Positions 28,445 through 41,953 of a stretch of DNA of 64,000 nt are shown here, in pieces (position 1 is the stretch's first letter; each line of letters starts with the position of its first letter). This DNA is from the human T2T-CHM13v2.0 reference genome, Homo sapiens. The notes beneath the pieces were generated by a model, which made no database searches, had not been told where the DNA came from, and saw only the letters and a program-made list of their open reading frames with translations. A program made the translations under genes and the position numbers. The DNA is taken from assembly GCF_009914755.1 (NCBI RefSeq), contig NC_060927.1; one strand, given 5' to 3'.

Positions 28445-29259
28445 GGAGTCTTTTTTAGAAGGACTCCATATATATATATATACACATATATATATATCAG
28501 TTCAACAATGCTGGGGAAAAAAGTGGATTGGATAGATAGGGCCAGACTAGAATCGGAGAAGCCAGATGGGTGTTGAATTTAACCAACCGATGGTGGAAAT
28601 TGAGACAGTAAAAATAGAGATGGTAATGTGGGAATTGATTCAACACCTATTAAGAAGGGATAGTCTTGATAATTGATAGAGATGCAGAGGAAGCAGCAGT
28701 AAGTGTCATGGATGTCGTCTAGAGTGTAGTTTTTGAAAGCTGAATGGATAGTGATGCCCAAAATAGGGAATCCAAGAGCAGCAGCAGACATGGGGAAGAT
28801 GGCGTTCAGGGTTGCACATGTGTGGCGTTAACTTGGCAGCTGGATTTTGGGGTCTGACAGTTAGTAGAGCAGGCTAGGTTCCAGTTGGAGACTTTCTAAT
28901 CATCGTCAGATAGATGGTGCCTGAGGCGAGGAAGTGGAAGGGCTCACCGAAGTAGGGCAGAAAAGCAGAGGGGCAAAGTCAAAGCAGCATCCTGTAAGGA
29001 GAAGGCAGAAAAGCGACGCTCATAGAGATGAAGAATGAACCTCCAGAGGCGTCGGAGCAGATTGGAAGAGACACATTCAGGCTCCATTTAACCAGAATAA
29101 TTCCGTTATCAAAATGGAAGCGCCAAGAAGCATCGTTGATGGCGCTTTCCCACCATCCATCCGTCCAACACAAACCCACCTGCTTTGAAAAGACTGCCTC
29201 ACGCAGTGACTCACTTACCCACCACAGCCGCATTCTCTACCTCTGCCTCTTGTCTAGTG

Positions 29260-29800
29260 AAGCTGGCTCCCGAGGCTTCGGGGCCGCTCCACAGGGACCT
29301 GAGGACGTCTCCCCGGAGACCCTGACTCAAGCTGCTCGCCGGCACAGCCGAGCACCGGCTCCCGCCTACTCACCGCGCGGGAGGGACGGTCCCTCCTTCA
29401 GGCCAATCTCCTTATCATTGTCCCTGCTGCTGTCACCTGCTGCTGCAGACCGGGGGTCCCGTCCAGTCTCAGCCCGTCCCGTCCTCCCCCCAGCCTATTC
29501 CCGGTCCCCTCAACCTCAGGGACACCGCGGCCAGCTGCACCGTTGGTTTTCCAATCAAATCCTCCTCCAGGCCACCAACCAGCGCTGGCCAGGCCAATGC
29601 CGACAATTCTTCCTCCGCCACCTGGGGCGCCTCAGCCAATCGGGAGCAGCCATGCTGCGCAGTGCAGAACGCCATAGCGACGGATGACGCCTGCCGGGGA
29701 ATCGCCGTAGCAACCAGAGACGCGCTAGATCCACCACCAAGCTTGCAAGCAGAAGAGGCAGCAAGTGATGCTGAAGGCTGTGCTGCAGCCACTTCACCGG
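29260..29800. promoter_or_regulatory. CpG island / NEK10 promoter
   Basis: Only CpG-dense, GC-rich stretch in the window; CCAAT at 29403, 29551, 29594 and 29636; X-box-like motifs at 29668 and 29701. Confidence 0.9.
29374..29540 (-). other. NEK10: NEK10 non-coding exon 1 (TSS approximate)
   Basis: Consensus donor GCG|GTGAGT at 29373-29368 inside the CpG island, upstream of the ATG exon. Confidence 0.7.
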
Positions 29801-30838
29801 AACCTAGAGCTACCTGTGAACAGGTCTCCTACACGTTGAAGATTTTTCTGGATTTAGGGTGTCTAACCTTTGATGGGAAAGGGCAGCTTCATCTTGGAGT
29901 GTTTACTTTCAAGAATTGCTATGGGCTAAAAATCAATTCTCTTTAAAAGCAAAGATTTAATCTGATAAGGAATCAATGCAGCATGCTAAATACCTTTCAT
30001 ATGGCATGAAAACGTCTTCAGTTACTCAAGCCACAGGCAATGAGAATAAGGTGCCACAGCACCGTATTTTTCACAAAAAGAGTGACCTGGGATTCAAGAA
30101 ACCTGTATAGTATAACTATCGCCAGTTCGTTTTGTGGCTTTGGGCAAGTCACTTCACCTTTTGTGAAAGTCTGGAGCTTCTTTAAAATTTCTGAACTGCA
30201 TTAGATAACGCTTTAAAAATATACCTGACATTCTGTAACTTTAAATAAATGAAAAATGCCAATCTATTAAGTGCTTAATTTTGTGCCGGGCACGATTTCA
30301 AATTCTTTCCTTATTTCACTTAGTTATAAAATGGAGGCACAAGAAGTTTCCTAAGTAGTCCAGTATGGCAGAGCTAGTGATGGAGTCAGGGTAAAACCTA
30401 CTTCGAGTCTGGTCTTAACCACGATGATGCTCCTTCGACGATTTCTTCGAGTACTGGGCCCTGTTCAACCTCATCTTGGTATCACTAAACGCTCGTGTGT
30501 GTGTCTGGTGGTTACATCTTCCCAAACTGGATTTTAAATGAATACAGTGAACCCTAACGTTTTTCTGGTGTGGATAGTAAGTAGGCCCATTGGATTAACA
30601 ATACTTAAGCTTGGGTAATTGAAAGCATTTTTTAAAATGAAGACGGTCCTATTTTGGAAATGCAGAAAGGCGAGATGAAAGCCAAACTCTGGTGAGTATA
30701 GCAGAACTAATTAAACTTCAGAGATCTAAAACAATCAGGATTAATGTTACCAATAAAACAAAACAAGGTGACGGGGCAGGAAGACCGATGCTGAGTAGAA
30801 AAAGTATTCTGTACATACATTCTAAATGTTAAGCAGTT

Positions 30839-31122
30839 GGCCTGGCTTGGTGGCTCACACCTGTAATCCTAGCACTTTGGGAGGCCGAGGCAGGAGGACC
30901 ACTTGAGGTTAGGAGTTCGAGACCAGCCTGGCCATCATGGCCAAACCCTGTTTCTACTAAAAACAGAAAAATCAGCCGGGCATGGTGGCACATGCTAGTC
31001 CCTACTACTCAGGAGGCTGAGGCACAAGAATTACTTGAACCCAGGAAGCAGAGGTGCAGTGAGCCAAGATCATGCCACTGCACTCCAGCCTGAGAGACAC
31101 AGCAAGACTCTATCTCAAAAAA
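30839..31122 (+). mobile_element. Alu
   Basis: Alu consensus; TSD AAA(TG/CA)TTAAGCAGT. Confidence 0.93.
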
Positions 31123-31639
31123 TAAACATTAAGCAGTGAGACATGACTGCACTGAACTTCTCATCTTCACCAGAATACCAATTGTGCTTCCCATCTTTCC
31201 ACTACTCAGTAAAATTAAAGTCTTAAACTAATGTTTTGGCCATCCCAGAATATTCCTGAACTTCCCTGAAAGCTGCAGCGATTAAGAGGCAAGAATGACA
31301 CTGCCTCTAAAAGACACATACACTATCATCTCAAATGTTAAGGGTCCCTCTGTAAAATGACACAAAATAAAATCCCACAAGAGATCTTGCACCAAGCTTA
31401 TAGCTTATATAGCAAGGCTCAAAACTATGAAAACATATTTTTCTAAGGCCTTTTTTTAAATGAAATGCATAACGTAAATTATACAGTTCAAAAGTAAAAC
31501 AGCATAATGTCCTAACTACAGCATAAAGGTAACAAATCTGCATGTAAGTAGATATTCAGGATCACCTCAACAAGAAGATAAAACCACTTCCCAAAATTTA
31601 TAAATACTTTAGCCCAATGGTCTAGAACAAGAAAAGGCT

Positions 31640-31642
<3 letters not shown>

Positions 31643-31674
<32 letters not shown>
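31643..31674. repeat. (CA)16 microsatellite
   Basis: Direct reading. Confidence 0.97.
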
Positions 31675-31677
<3 letters not shown>

Positions 31678-32216
31678 TAAGTGGAGGAATGAGAATGATC
31701 TTGTAGACTGAAAGCAGAAGGCTGAGTACAATTTGAAGTAAAGGCAGAACTTAAATTGGGCTTTGAAAGAAAAGCAGAAAGGTTTTCTAAACAGCAGAAA
31801 TGTTTTCATTAAAAGCACAGAGGTAGGAACGTATGGGTCAACCATGAAAAGAAGTGATACTCAAGAGATCAGATATGCCTTTATTGGCCAGATCAAAGAG
31901 AGCTAACTCTTTTCCTCTCTCCTCTTGCAGAATCTCAAAGGTCTGTAGCTAGGAATTATAAATTGACAAAAAAAATTTTCCCCTAAAATAAATGTAAACT
32001 ACATTTTCAAATGAAATTTCCAAAAACATAAGTGTCTATCCCCATCTTATTCCAAAGGCTATCAAATTCATGGTGAGGTTATCAGATGTTTTTCAGTGCA
32101 GAAAACACAAAAGGAAAGTGTTCCACACATGCCAAATGAAAAACAAACCAAGACCTGTAATTTGCTATTAAGGAAAATAATTCGTAATAAACTAAGTCAC
32201 TAAAAACAAAGAAAGA

Positions 32217-32535
32217 GGCCGGACGTGGTGGCTCACACCTGTAATCCCAGCACTTTGGTAGGCTGAGGCGAGCAGATCACGAGGTCAGGGGATCGAGACC
32301 ATCCTGGCTAACACGGTGAAACCCCGTCTCTACTAAAAAAATACAAAAAATTAGCTGGGCGTTGTGGTGGGCGCCTGTAGTCCCAGCTACTCGGGAGGCT
32401 GAGGCAGGAGAATGGCGTGAACCCAGGAGGCGGCTTGCAGTGAGCAGAGATCGGGCCACTGCTCTCCAACCTGGGCGACAGAGCAAGACTCTGTCTCAAA
32501 AACAAACAAAAAGCAAACAAACAAACAAACAAAAA
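32217..32535 (+). mobile_element. AluY with (CAAA)n tail
   Basis: AluY diagnostics GATCGAGACCATCCTGGCTAACACGG and GAATGGCGTGAACC; TSD AAAAACAAAGAAAGA. Confidence 0.93.
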
Positions 32536-32869
32536 CAAAGAAAGAAAAGCCCTGGAGAGTTCGGTATTATCATGCAGATCATTACACATCACGCAGCAAC
32601 ATTTCTAAAATCGGGGGGAATAAATGGATCAGCCTTTTCTTAGCTTTAATATCAATTATTTCTTAACTATCAAACACCTTTGTGAAACAAACACTATTTT
32701 ATTTTTTTCTCAATGTTTCCTCTTTTCTCTCTCCTACTGAAGCCTAGGAATATTAGGAGGCCGGAAACAGACATCACTCATTTTCCTTCCTCTCCTATCC
32801 CATCTCAAGCTGAGAGAGAGATGTGGCTCTTCTAATAATCAGAGTACAAAGTAAAGACAATAGCCAACA

Positions 32870-35800
32870 ACTAATTAAGTAGACTTTTATTGCTCAATCA
32901 ACTTCAGTAACATCTCCAAAAAAATAGTTTTCATCTAACAATTATGAAACAAATTTGAAAGGCAGGATGATTCACAATATAGACCCAGTAGAGGCTTATA
33001 CTTCATATAAATGAAAAATATCAGTTCTACAATTTAAATGTTTACTTTGGATTTTATTATAGAAGAAAATATCATTGTAATTATAAAAGCCATAAAAATT
33101 GGAACTGTATTGTGAAATTACATCAAGGTATCAGATTTTATATAAATGAACAATAAAATTCAATTTTTATTTATTTAAACGTAGTTAAACATTGGAAGAC
33201 AATCTCCCCCATGGGGAAGAAAAAAAAAAAAAAACCTTGAATAATAAAGCAACAAAAGCCACAACACAAAAACTAATCAGTGTGCAAAAATCTGATTAAA
33301 AAAACAAAACAAAACTGGGGTTTAACAATTAAGTCAAATGTTCAATATGTGCTAATTAAATTTCATTTTAAAAATGATCTTTGGATGATTACATTTCCAA
33401 CTATGTTTTCCTATAATTGACATTTAATGTTAGTTTTTGAAAAGTTAGAAAAGAAACCAATTTATATGAAGATTGCCAAATTTTGCAATTTGAACACTAT
33501 TTTAAACTTTGAATGTCCTTAAAGTCTTTAAACTTACTTTCTAAAATAAATAATTGTTGGAATAAACCAAAAGACATTTCACATATTTGCACTGCATACG
33601 ATAAAAATGATGTGATCTACATAAATAAATTTAAAACATTAAGTTATTTCATATAAACATTTTTAATTACAGCGTTATATCAATGGCTTACACAGTTGAA
33701 ATCTGAGCACTTTAAAACAGGATTCACATGTTAAACTGCTGAGCACATTTATAGAACTGATGTACATCATATAATCCTTTAAACAGCAAGCTCTGGTGTT
33801 ATACCTCAGTTTCAGAAAGCATTTTTCTTTCAACAGAATTTTGAACCTGCCTTTGTGAAAGAAAAAAATTAGAAAGCTATATTATACCCACACAGAAAAT
33901 TTAAGTACGTGGAAGAAATAAACTTTTTTGGATGAAGAAAACAAGTTAATTTTGAGTGGTAAACAAATCTGGTTTACAAATACATGCATTAGCACATAAA
34001 ATATTTCGTCCTAGACATCTTTACAGAAGACTTGGCAAATATGAACAATGGGATGCCACAGCTTTTTAAAACAACTTTTAACAGATATAAGATCAGTATC
34101 ATTCACATTCACACAAACATACACACACTTTAGAAAGACTGTGTGCTTGGCTTCGGCATATTTAATATCATTAAAGAATATATAGAATCATCCTTTTATC
34201 ATAAGGAATTTACATCATTGTTTTCTCAAAAGCTGCTATTTTAGATTGAAACAGCATTCAGAAAAAAAGTACATTTCAGATGGTCAGCATCAGGATTTAC
34301 TACAGACTTTGTAAACAGATATCTATAAATAAATAAACTAGGGTGGAGAAAAGAATATCCTGAGGTGGCTCTGTGGCCAGGGTATTCAGTAGCACTAAGC
34401 TCCATTCTGGAAATCAAGGCATCTAAAGAAAGTGCAGGGCTGAATTTATTTTGTAAATGGAATATGTACAGGTTTAATTATTTTGCACCTTGAGGTAAAT
34501 CAGTACATAGCAACTACTACTGCTTACATACACTTATTTAAGGCAACTTTATTTAAAAATCAATATATGTAGTAAATTATATCTGTCACTGTCTCTCAAT
34601 GAATGCTATCTTTGATTATTTTTCAAAAACAGTGGAAGAAATATAATCACTTAAAACAAGCAGTTAATTACCTAAACATGAGTTACCTTTGCTCTTAAAT
34701 GGAGTAGTCAGATCATTTTGTCAGTCAAGTAGTCAAAAGAAAGCAGAAACCAGTAACATTTAGAAGCATTGTAAAAACATTTTGAGTGCAAAGTATTTTG
34801 CAAGTGACGGTTTTTCTGGCACTGGATAATTACTATACACAATTAAATAAAATCACAGAAACACTATGATCCCAGGTAGTTTTCAGTTTTAAAATTTCTT
34901 CCTGTAAAGTAAGTACAGTTGTTACCCCTGATGTCCAGACACAAGGAAATGATGTGAGGAAATCCTCTTGTTCAGGTACATCAGGGGAGTTTTAAAAATA
35001 GCAGCAAATACTGGGGTCTTTGGAAATAATTATGCTGCTACAAATAAAAAGGAATCATTACAATGGAAGCTCATAAACAATAATAAGCACCGTGGGTAAT
35101 ACTCTATCAATTGCCAATAGAGTCTAACTCTTTTTAGGCAGTACCAAATGATGACAGCTACATATTTTCTAAAGAAAAGCAGCTACATTTCCAACCTCTC
35201 ATCCGAGGCAGAAGTTGAATCCATCATTTTAACAAGACTCTTACAATATGGTCTTAGAGGAGGACATTACATTAGTTAATAAATAGTTTATAATGAATTT
35301 AAAACACCAGACTTGCTAAAATTTCAGCTTTTGGCATTCCTCATGATCCTTTATTAGATTAATTATGTATACCTTTGTAATTTAATTATATGGTTAAAGG
35401 GAGCATTGGAATTTCATAAAATTTTCATCCTAATAGTGATGTCACCATTTTTGATATTTCTGTGGCTTCTCAATACTCATTTGATTTTTGTAAATTATTC
35501 TCTTGTCAAATCAGTTTCACAACCCCATTCATCCAGTCCTACAGGCTTAACAACATTTATTTCATGTGGAACTAAAAGTATATAAAAGATGACTAAAAAG
35601 ATTTGTTAGACTTTAAAAAGCTCAGAAAAGCAAAAACTAATACACAAAATAAAAATGTCATTAATCTGAGCTACATATAAAATGTCTAATTTCCTTTTAA
35701 AATATAAATATGGCAGTGCTTTATATCAAAGATGTAAAATCTATCAATTGCTTTAAGATAATAAACATAAATGAAAGTAAGCACCAACTATTTACATTAA

Positions 35801-36913
35801 CAATTTACTCTATTTGTTACTTTTCCAAATGTTTATATAATATTTAAGCATCATATCAAAATAAATATTTTAAAATAAAATCACAGGTAACAAGCTATTA
35901 AATGTAATCTACAAAAGTGAAAGAATAACATAAAGAGAAAATGAAAGGTAATTCTTAATAAAGTAATACTGATCATAGACCCTTCTGAGAGAATTCTAAC
36001 TCCTGATTATTTACGCCTACTACTTATAAGAGAATAATAGTCAAGAACTTGAACCTGATGGAAACTAAAGCATTTTAAGACAAAGAGAGACAAGGCAGAG
36101 AACAGAGTGGGAATCATTGGCTTTAAAAGAGCATAAGGATTCAGAAAAAATATTCTACAAAGGCATCAAAATCAACTATTGCAAACTGGCATTGTATAAC
36201 TTTTTAAATTCAGAAGTTATAAATGGTATGGGTGCTTAATTATCAAATCACCTGCAATTTTACTTGTCTGTCACAATGGATACCTAGATATGAAGGTTTT
36301 AAGATTTAAAAAAAATTTAAACATAAAAGTTAAAAACTATCATTATTAAAGTTTCTATTGTTCTACAGTCATCTCTATGGCTAAGAAAACGCCAGTTAGT
36401 GAAACACGATGGACATCTACAGAAATGAAACACAAATAGAGAAGCCCTGAAATGTTACCATTTTTCCCACAGCACTGGTATAGACTCCCTATTCTTCCCA
36501 TAAAGCACTAACAAAAGTGAAATAATATGTGAAAATTTCAGGAAACACCTAAAAATTATAAACATATAAACAAAGTATCACTTAAGGTTTTTACGAATTG
36601 CCACTGATGAACAGAGATTTAAGAAAAGTAGACTGAAAGCATTTCTCCACATCCTTCTATTGCAAAACAGAAAATTTTTTTTTCTAACAGAATAAATATT
36701 TGAATAGTTAAGAACCATGTACCTCACTTCAAAGAGAGCATTTCATTAAATACATAGTCTCCACGGTGCTCATTACAAACTCCAGACACTACTTTTAAAA
36801 ACCCGGTAGTCACACATAAACAGCATGACATACAATATTCTTATATATAGTGACATGATACGCACACATTACATATGTATATATCTATATGTATAATGCC
36901 TCTTGGTTCAATT
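32870..36913 (-). other. SLC4A7: SLC4A7 3'UTR (~4 kb, AT-rich, no Alu)
   Basis: Follows the stop codon; no recognisable repeats until the poly(A) signal at 32886-32891; 3' end approximate. Confidence 0.8.
32886..32891 (-). terminator. Probable distal poly(A) signal (AATAAA) of SLC4A7
   Basis: TTTATT on + strand; on the minus strand it is followed by a GU/U-rich element (TTGTTGGCTATTGTCTTTACTTTGT). Confidence 0.7.
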
Positions 36914-36995
36914 CTATAATGAAGTTTCAGCATCCACGTATTTCTTTCTTGGTTCATCTTCAAAACTTATTTTCACACTCACAGGTTTATCAGGA
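36914..36995 (-). CDS. SLC4A7: SLC4A7 final coding segment (PDKPVSVKISFEDEPRKKYVDAETSL*)
   Basis: AATAG acceptor at 36996-36997, TAG stop at 36914-36916, class I PDZ ligand ETSL. Confidence 0.97.
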
Positions 36996-37525
36996 CTATT
37001 TAAAACAAAGAATTAAAATAAATAATTTTAAAATATAAATATTCAATTCTAAACATGGCTAACAATGAGTATACTAAACCTTCTGAGATTACTATTAACA
37101 CTACAAACTTATGACTTGCTAATTTTAGCTTTTCTAAATCAATAAACATAACTGGAAAAGCAAATATTAAAAATTGTTTTTTAAAAATTGCAAATATTAA
37201 AAATCCTCTTTGCAATTTAAATTCATGTTTTTCTTACAACTAAAGAGGGGGTCCTTAAAATAGGGCAGTATATGGTCAGAATCTGTTGGATTACTTTTAT
37301 TTCACATATGAACAGTTATAGCATGAGACTTTTACTGAAAAATCTATTAATATATGAATCTTTGTTAATATAGATAGGTATCAAATAATTTCCAAGAAGG
37401 TTATAAATTTATAAAACTTCTCACCCCAAATTTGATTCATAAATACAAAACCAATACATCTATTCTATATATTCTATATACATATTGGTTTTGTATTTAT
37501 GAATATGTATTCTACATATACATAG

Positions 37526-37864
<339 letters not shown>

Positions 37865-39051
37865 TAGTATCACACAGTGACTCCACATACATGGATTTAA
37901 TTGATTAATTGTAACATATGAATATCTGGGTTCTGGAAAAAGTTTTCAGAAAGTGTAAAAACACACTATGGTTTGCTGTCTTCTCCAGACAAACTGAAGA
38001 ATAGACCCCAATCCCCAAACATTTTCCTGTTAAACAACATAGCCAAGATATTCTCTTTCTTCCTATGTGATTTTGAAGTGCAGGGCAACCCAAACAAAAG
38101 GCAGAAGCATAAAAGATGTTAGTTATTATTGTAAGGCCTTTATTTTTTATGATAATTATACTAACAAGGCCAGAGGTGCTGACACAGTGTGAACAATTAC
38201 TAATAGTAAAAAGAATATTTAGAAAAATTCTGGCTGTACTGAATGATCCAAAATTACAAAGAGTTTAACTTTAAAACTTTTTAAGATCAAAGACAGAAGA
38301 AAGGAAACAGCCAGCTGAGAAATTAGAACTCAGATGACAGAAGAGAAAAACATATGATAGAGAGTAGGTAGGAAAAAGGTTCTAAAAGAGGGTAGTGAAA
38401 GAATGAGAAAAAGCTAATCAATTATTGTCAGAAGACAGAGCTAAGACAGCAAGTGAACAAAAACAGCTATATGACTGAAGGCCTAGAAAAGTTTTCATCT
38501 GATGCCCAAGCAGAATATACAGACACTCAACATAGCATCTCACACAAACTGTACATAAAAAAGAAGAATTTTCTGAGTATGAATGACTGAGCACCCTAGA
38601 AGACAGTAATTCATTTCTCCAGAGGCTTAAGGGATTAAAGTACTAATGATTACCAAACAGAATCCCTGAGGGCTTAGTTCTTGAAGTGAGAACAAAAGAA
38701 AGAAAAAAGGTTACATAACAAGAAATGTAAGAAAGAGGTTACAAAATACTTTCAATACATGGTCCACTGTAAAACTGAATGGTCTTTATGTCAATGGATT
38801 TGATTTCTTCCAAATATCTCCAAGCAAAATGTTTACCTCACCTGAACAAATGGCATACTAAACCAAAACACAAGAAGGGAAACAACTTGTGTTTTTCTCT
38901 TTTCTTAGACCATCACAGAGCATGATTGAAATAGTATTCAATTACAGTATTTAATCCCTAATAGTTATCTAATCTTTATATGGTTTCTGATCTTTTTTAT
39001 GTTTATTCCATACTGCTATATGAAATTTACTTTTATGATAAAATAGCTCAG

Positions 39052-39223
39052 ATTATTATTACTATTTTTTGAGACAGAGTTTCACTCTTGTCCCCCAGGC
39101 TGGAGTGCAATGGCATGATCTGGGCTCACTGCAAGTGACCTCAGATGATCCTGACCTCAGATGATCTGCCCGCTTCAGCCTCCCAAAGTGCTGGGATTAC
39201 AGGTGTGAGCCACCATGACTGAC
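39052..39223 (-). mobile_element. Internally deleted Alu
   Basis: Both Alu ends present, middle missing; TSD-like CTCA(G/A)ATTATT. Confidence 0.9.
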
Positions 39224-39398
39224 TCAAATTATTTTTTAAAATAGGTAACTGTAAATTAAAAGACAAAAACATAATTATTATTTATACCTTATTCCAAGTA
39301 TACATTAAAATGATGGATGAAAGAAAGAAAGGAATGAAGCTATCATAAGTAAATGAAAATTGGCTACAGTTAGAAAACACACAAATAGTTATAACTAC

Positions 39399-39506
39399 CT
39401 CATGTTAGATCTGGTTACTTTGGCATTCTCAGTATTCATGGAAAGTGCCTTCCACTGTGCAGTTTTGGCCATTTCATCTGATATGTTAACAATTGAGGGA
39501 TCAACA
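39399..39506 (-). CDS. SLC4A7: SLC4A7 alternatively spliced cassette III exon (108 nt; VDPSIVNISDEMAKTAQWKALSMNTENAKVTRSNM)
   Basis: TTCTTCAG acceptor, AG|GTAGTT donor, symmetric phase 2-2, 36 codons; matches the known optional 36-aa C-terminal cassette of NBCn1. Confidence 0.92.
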
Positions 39507-40125
39507 CTGAAGAACAAATACACTTTTTGGTTAGTATTCAGTACTTGCAAAAGCATTAATATTGTCATTCTTATTATCTGCTTTCATCAACTAAATTGAG
39601 AAAACCTTTGCCAGATATCAGAATTTGAATTCTGTTACAAAGTCCTTATGAAGAATTACGTCTTTCTTTCTAATCGAAACTAGGAGTAAGATTAAGATTA
39701 AGTAAGTTAGCAAGATTTATTTATGGAACTTTGCTTCAGAATCCAATTTGGGGTTTCAGTAGTACTTCGGCAGCACTCTAGCAATGATGCCCTCTGATCA
39801 CCTTGGCTGAAAATATGTTACTGAAATAACATACGACTATGTTAATGTGCTTATACATACAAAAAAAAAATACAATCTCAAGTCGACTAGAAAACGGTTA
39901 TAATTGGCACACATTTAATCTTATCAAATAAATACTCAAAGTATGTAAGGAAAACTTAAGATTATGATTTTTAAAATCTTATTTTTCATAGCTTTTACAA
40001 ATCATTATAAAGAATGCTTGGAAAGATAACACTCTGAAATTGAAAACAAAGCTCTGAAAATATTTCAACAGCTAACACAAAATAGCTTCATGAGTACCAC
40101 TTTTACCTGTTATTCACATATTTAG

Positions 40126-40495
<370 letters not shown>

Positions 40496-41953
40496 TTATT
40501 ACAATAAGAGAAAAATGTTTCTGTTTCTATATTTCTATGAAAATTACTTCAAGACCTCAAATCCAATAATATCCATAAATAATTAATTTGGGGCTCAAGG
40601 TTGTCCATCATAAGTAATAGGAAAGTATCATAAAGTTAATACAAATACATTTGCAAGTCCTTTTTCTTGGATTAAAAAAATACATTCAGACAAACAAGAT
40701 ACAAATACAAATGTCAAATTAGGTAATGTTAAATTAACAGTGTGATGGCAACTAGTTTACAAATGACTAAACAGCAGTCATTTAGAAAGTGCTCTGTTCA
40801 TACTTAAAATCAGAATGTTGTTTACAAATTTAAGATTGAAGAGAAGCGTGAGGAGGTCACTGAAAAGTCTCTATGAATGGCTTCTTTACCTTCGCCAGGT
40901 CAGATTTTTAAAAGTACACAAAATCTGAATACCCAAGTTTATAATGGCATAGCCATCCAACTTGAAACTTTGCCTACCCCGAGTAAACATTTATTCACTT
41001 GGTTGCCAACTTCAAATAAGTGAAGAAAGGAATTCCTGATAAACCTTCTAGCTTCTAAATATCCTCCACTATGAAGAAGGTATATATTTTTTTCCCTCAA
41101 AATGAAATTAGATAGGAAAAAATTTGCCTGCATTACATAAATTATTTTCATCTTTTATAAGGGCTTTACAGTTTCCAAATACTTTCATATACTATCTCAC
41201 TTGATCTTCCACACAAATAATCCAAAGCTATTTAAGATATAAAATTCTGGCAAATAAGCACATTAGCCATTTCCTGGCATTCCTGATGGAAAAAACTTTA
41301 AACACAGCCACATTAATCATGGCTTATGACACCACTTAAAAGACAAAAGGAAAACTACAGATATCCATCTTTTTCTTTATCAGACTATAGACTCCACTTA
41401 AATTTGTCAAGGTCCATATATAATTACACTGAAAAAGTGATAAAGCAGGATATAAAAATTAAGCACAAATACTCTCGGCAAATTGGTGATAATTACTAAC
41501 AACCATCATGGTAGTTCCTATACTCTTTTTAGAAGTACATCAATGAAGCTAATATATTAAATCTTTTAACAAGTATTTCTAGAACCCAGCAAAGCAGATC
41601 GCTGTGGCTGGATATATTAAATATCCATATTAAATGCCTCTATGCTTGGCATTTAAAGTATATAAAAATTTGAGGGAAATATTAATACAGAATAATACCA
41701 ATAGTGAAAATTAATAGCAAAACGTATAGAGCAAAATTAGTTGAATTCATTCATCACAACTAATCAACATGTACAAGTCAAATGTTACTCCTGTAAAAGC
41801 TATAAATAGCTAAAAAAAAAAGAGAAAGAAATGGAAGTTAATTAAATACCAATAAAACATTTTCTATCAACTGGTCAGGAAAGAAACCTGTATATTTTCT
41901 AAGACTGATTTCGCTAACTAATCAGAAATGGAATAGATGTGTAGAAATAGGAG

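Noticed and set aside
29028-29687. 219-aa + strand ORF (and overlapping 80-107 aa ORFs) across the CpG island
   Set aside because: Stop codons are scarce in GC-rich DNA; the sequence is low-complexity P/A/R/S-rich, has no recognisable domain and overlaps promoter motifs.
29700-29950. Divergent spliced lncRNA from the NEK10 promoter
   Set aside because: Plausible for a CCAAT/CpG promoter, but only a weak donor (CAG|GTCTCC) is visible on the + strand.
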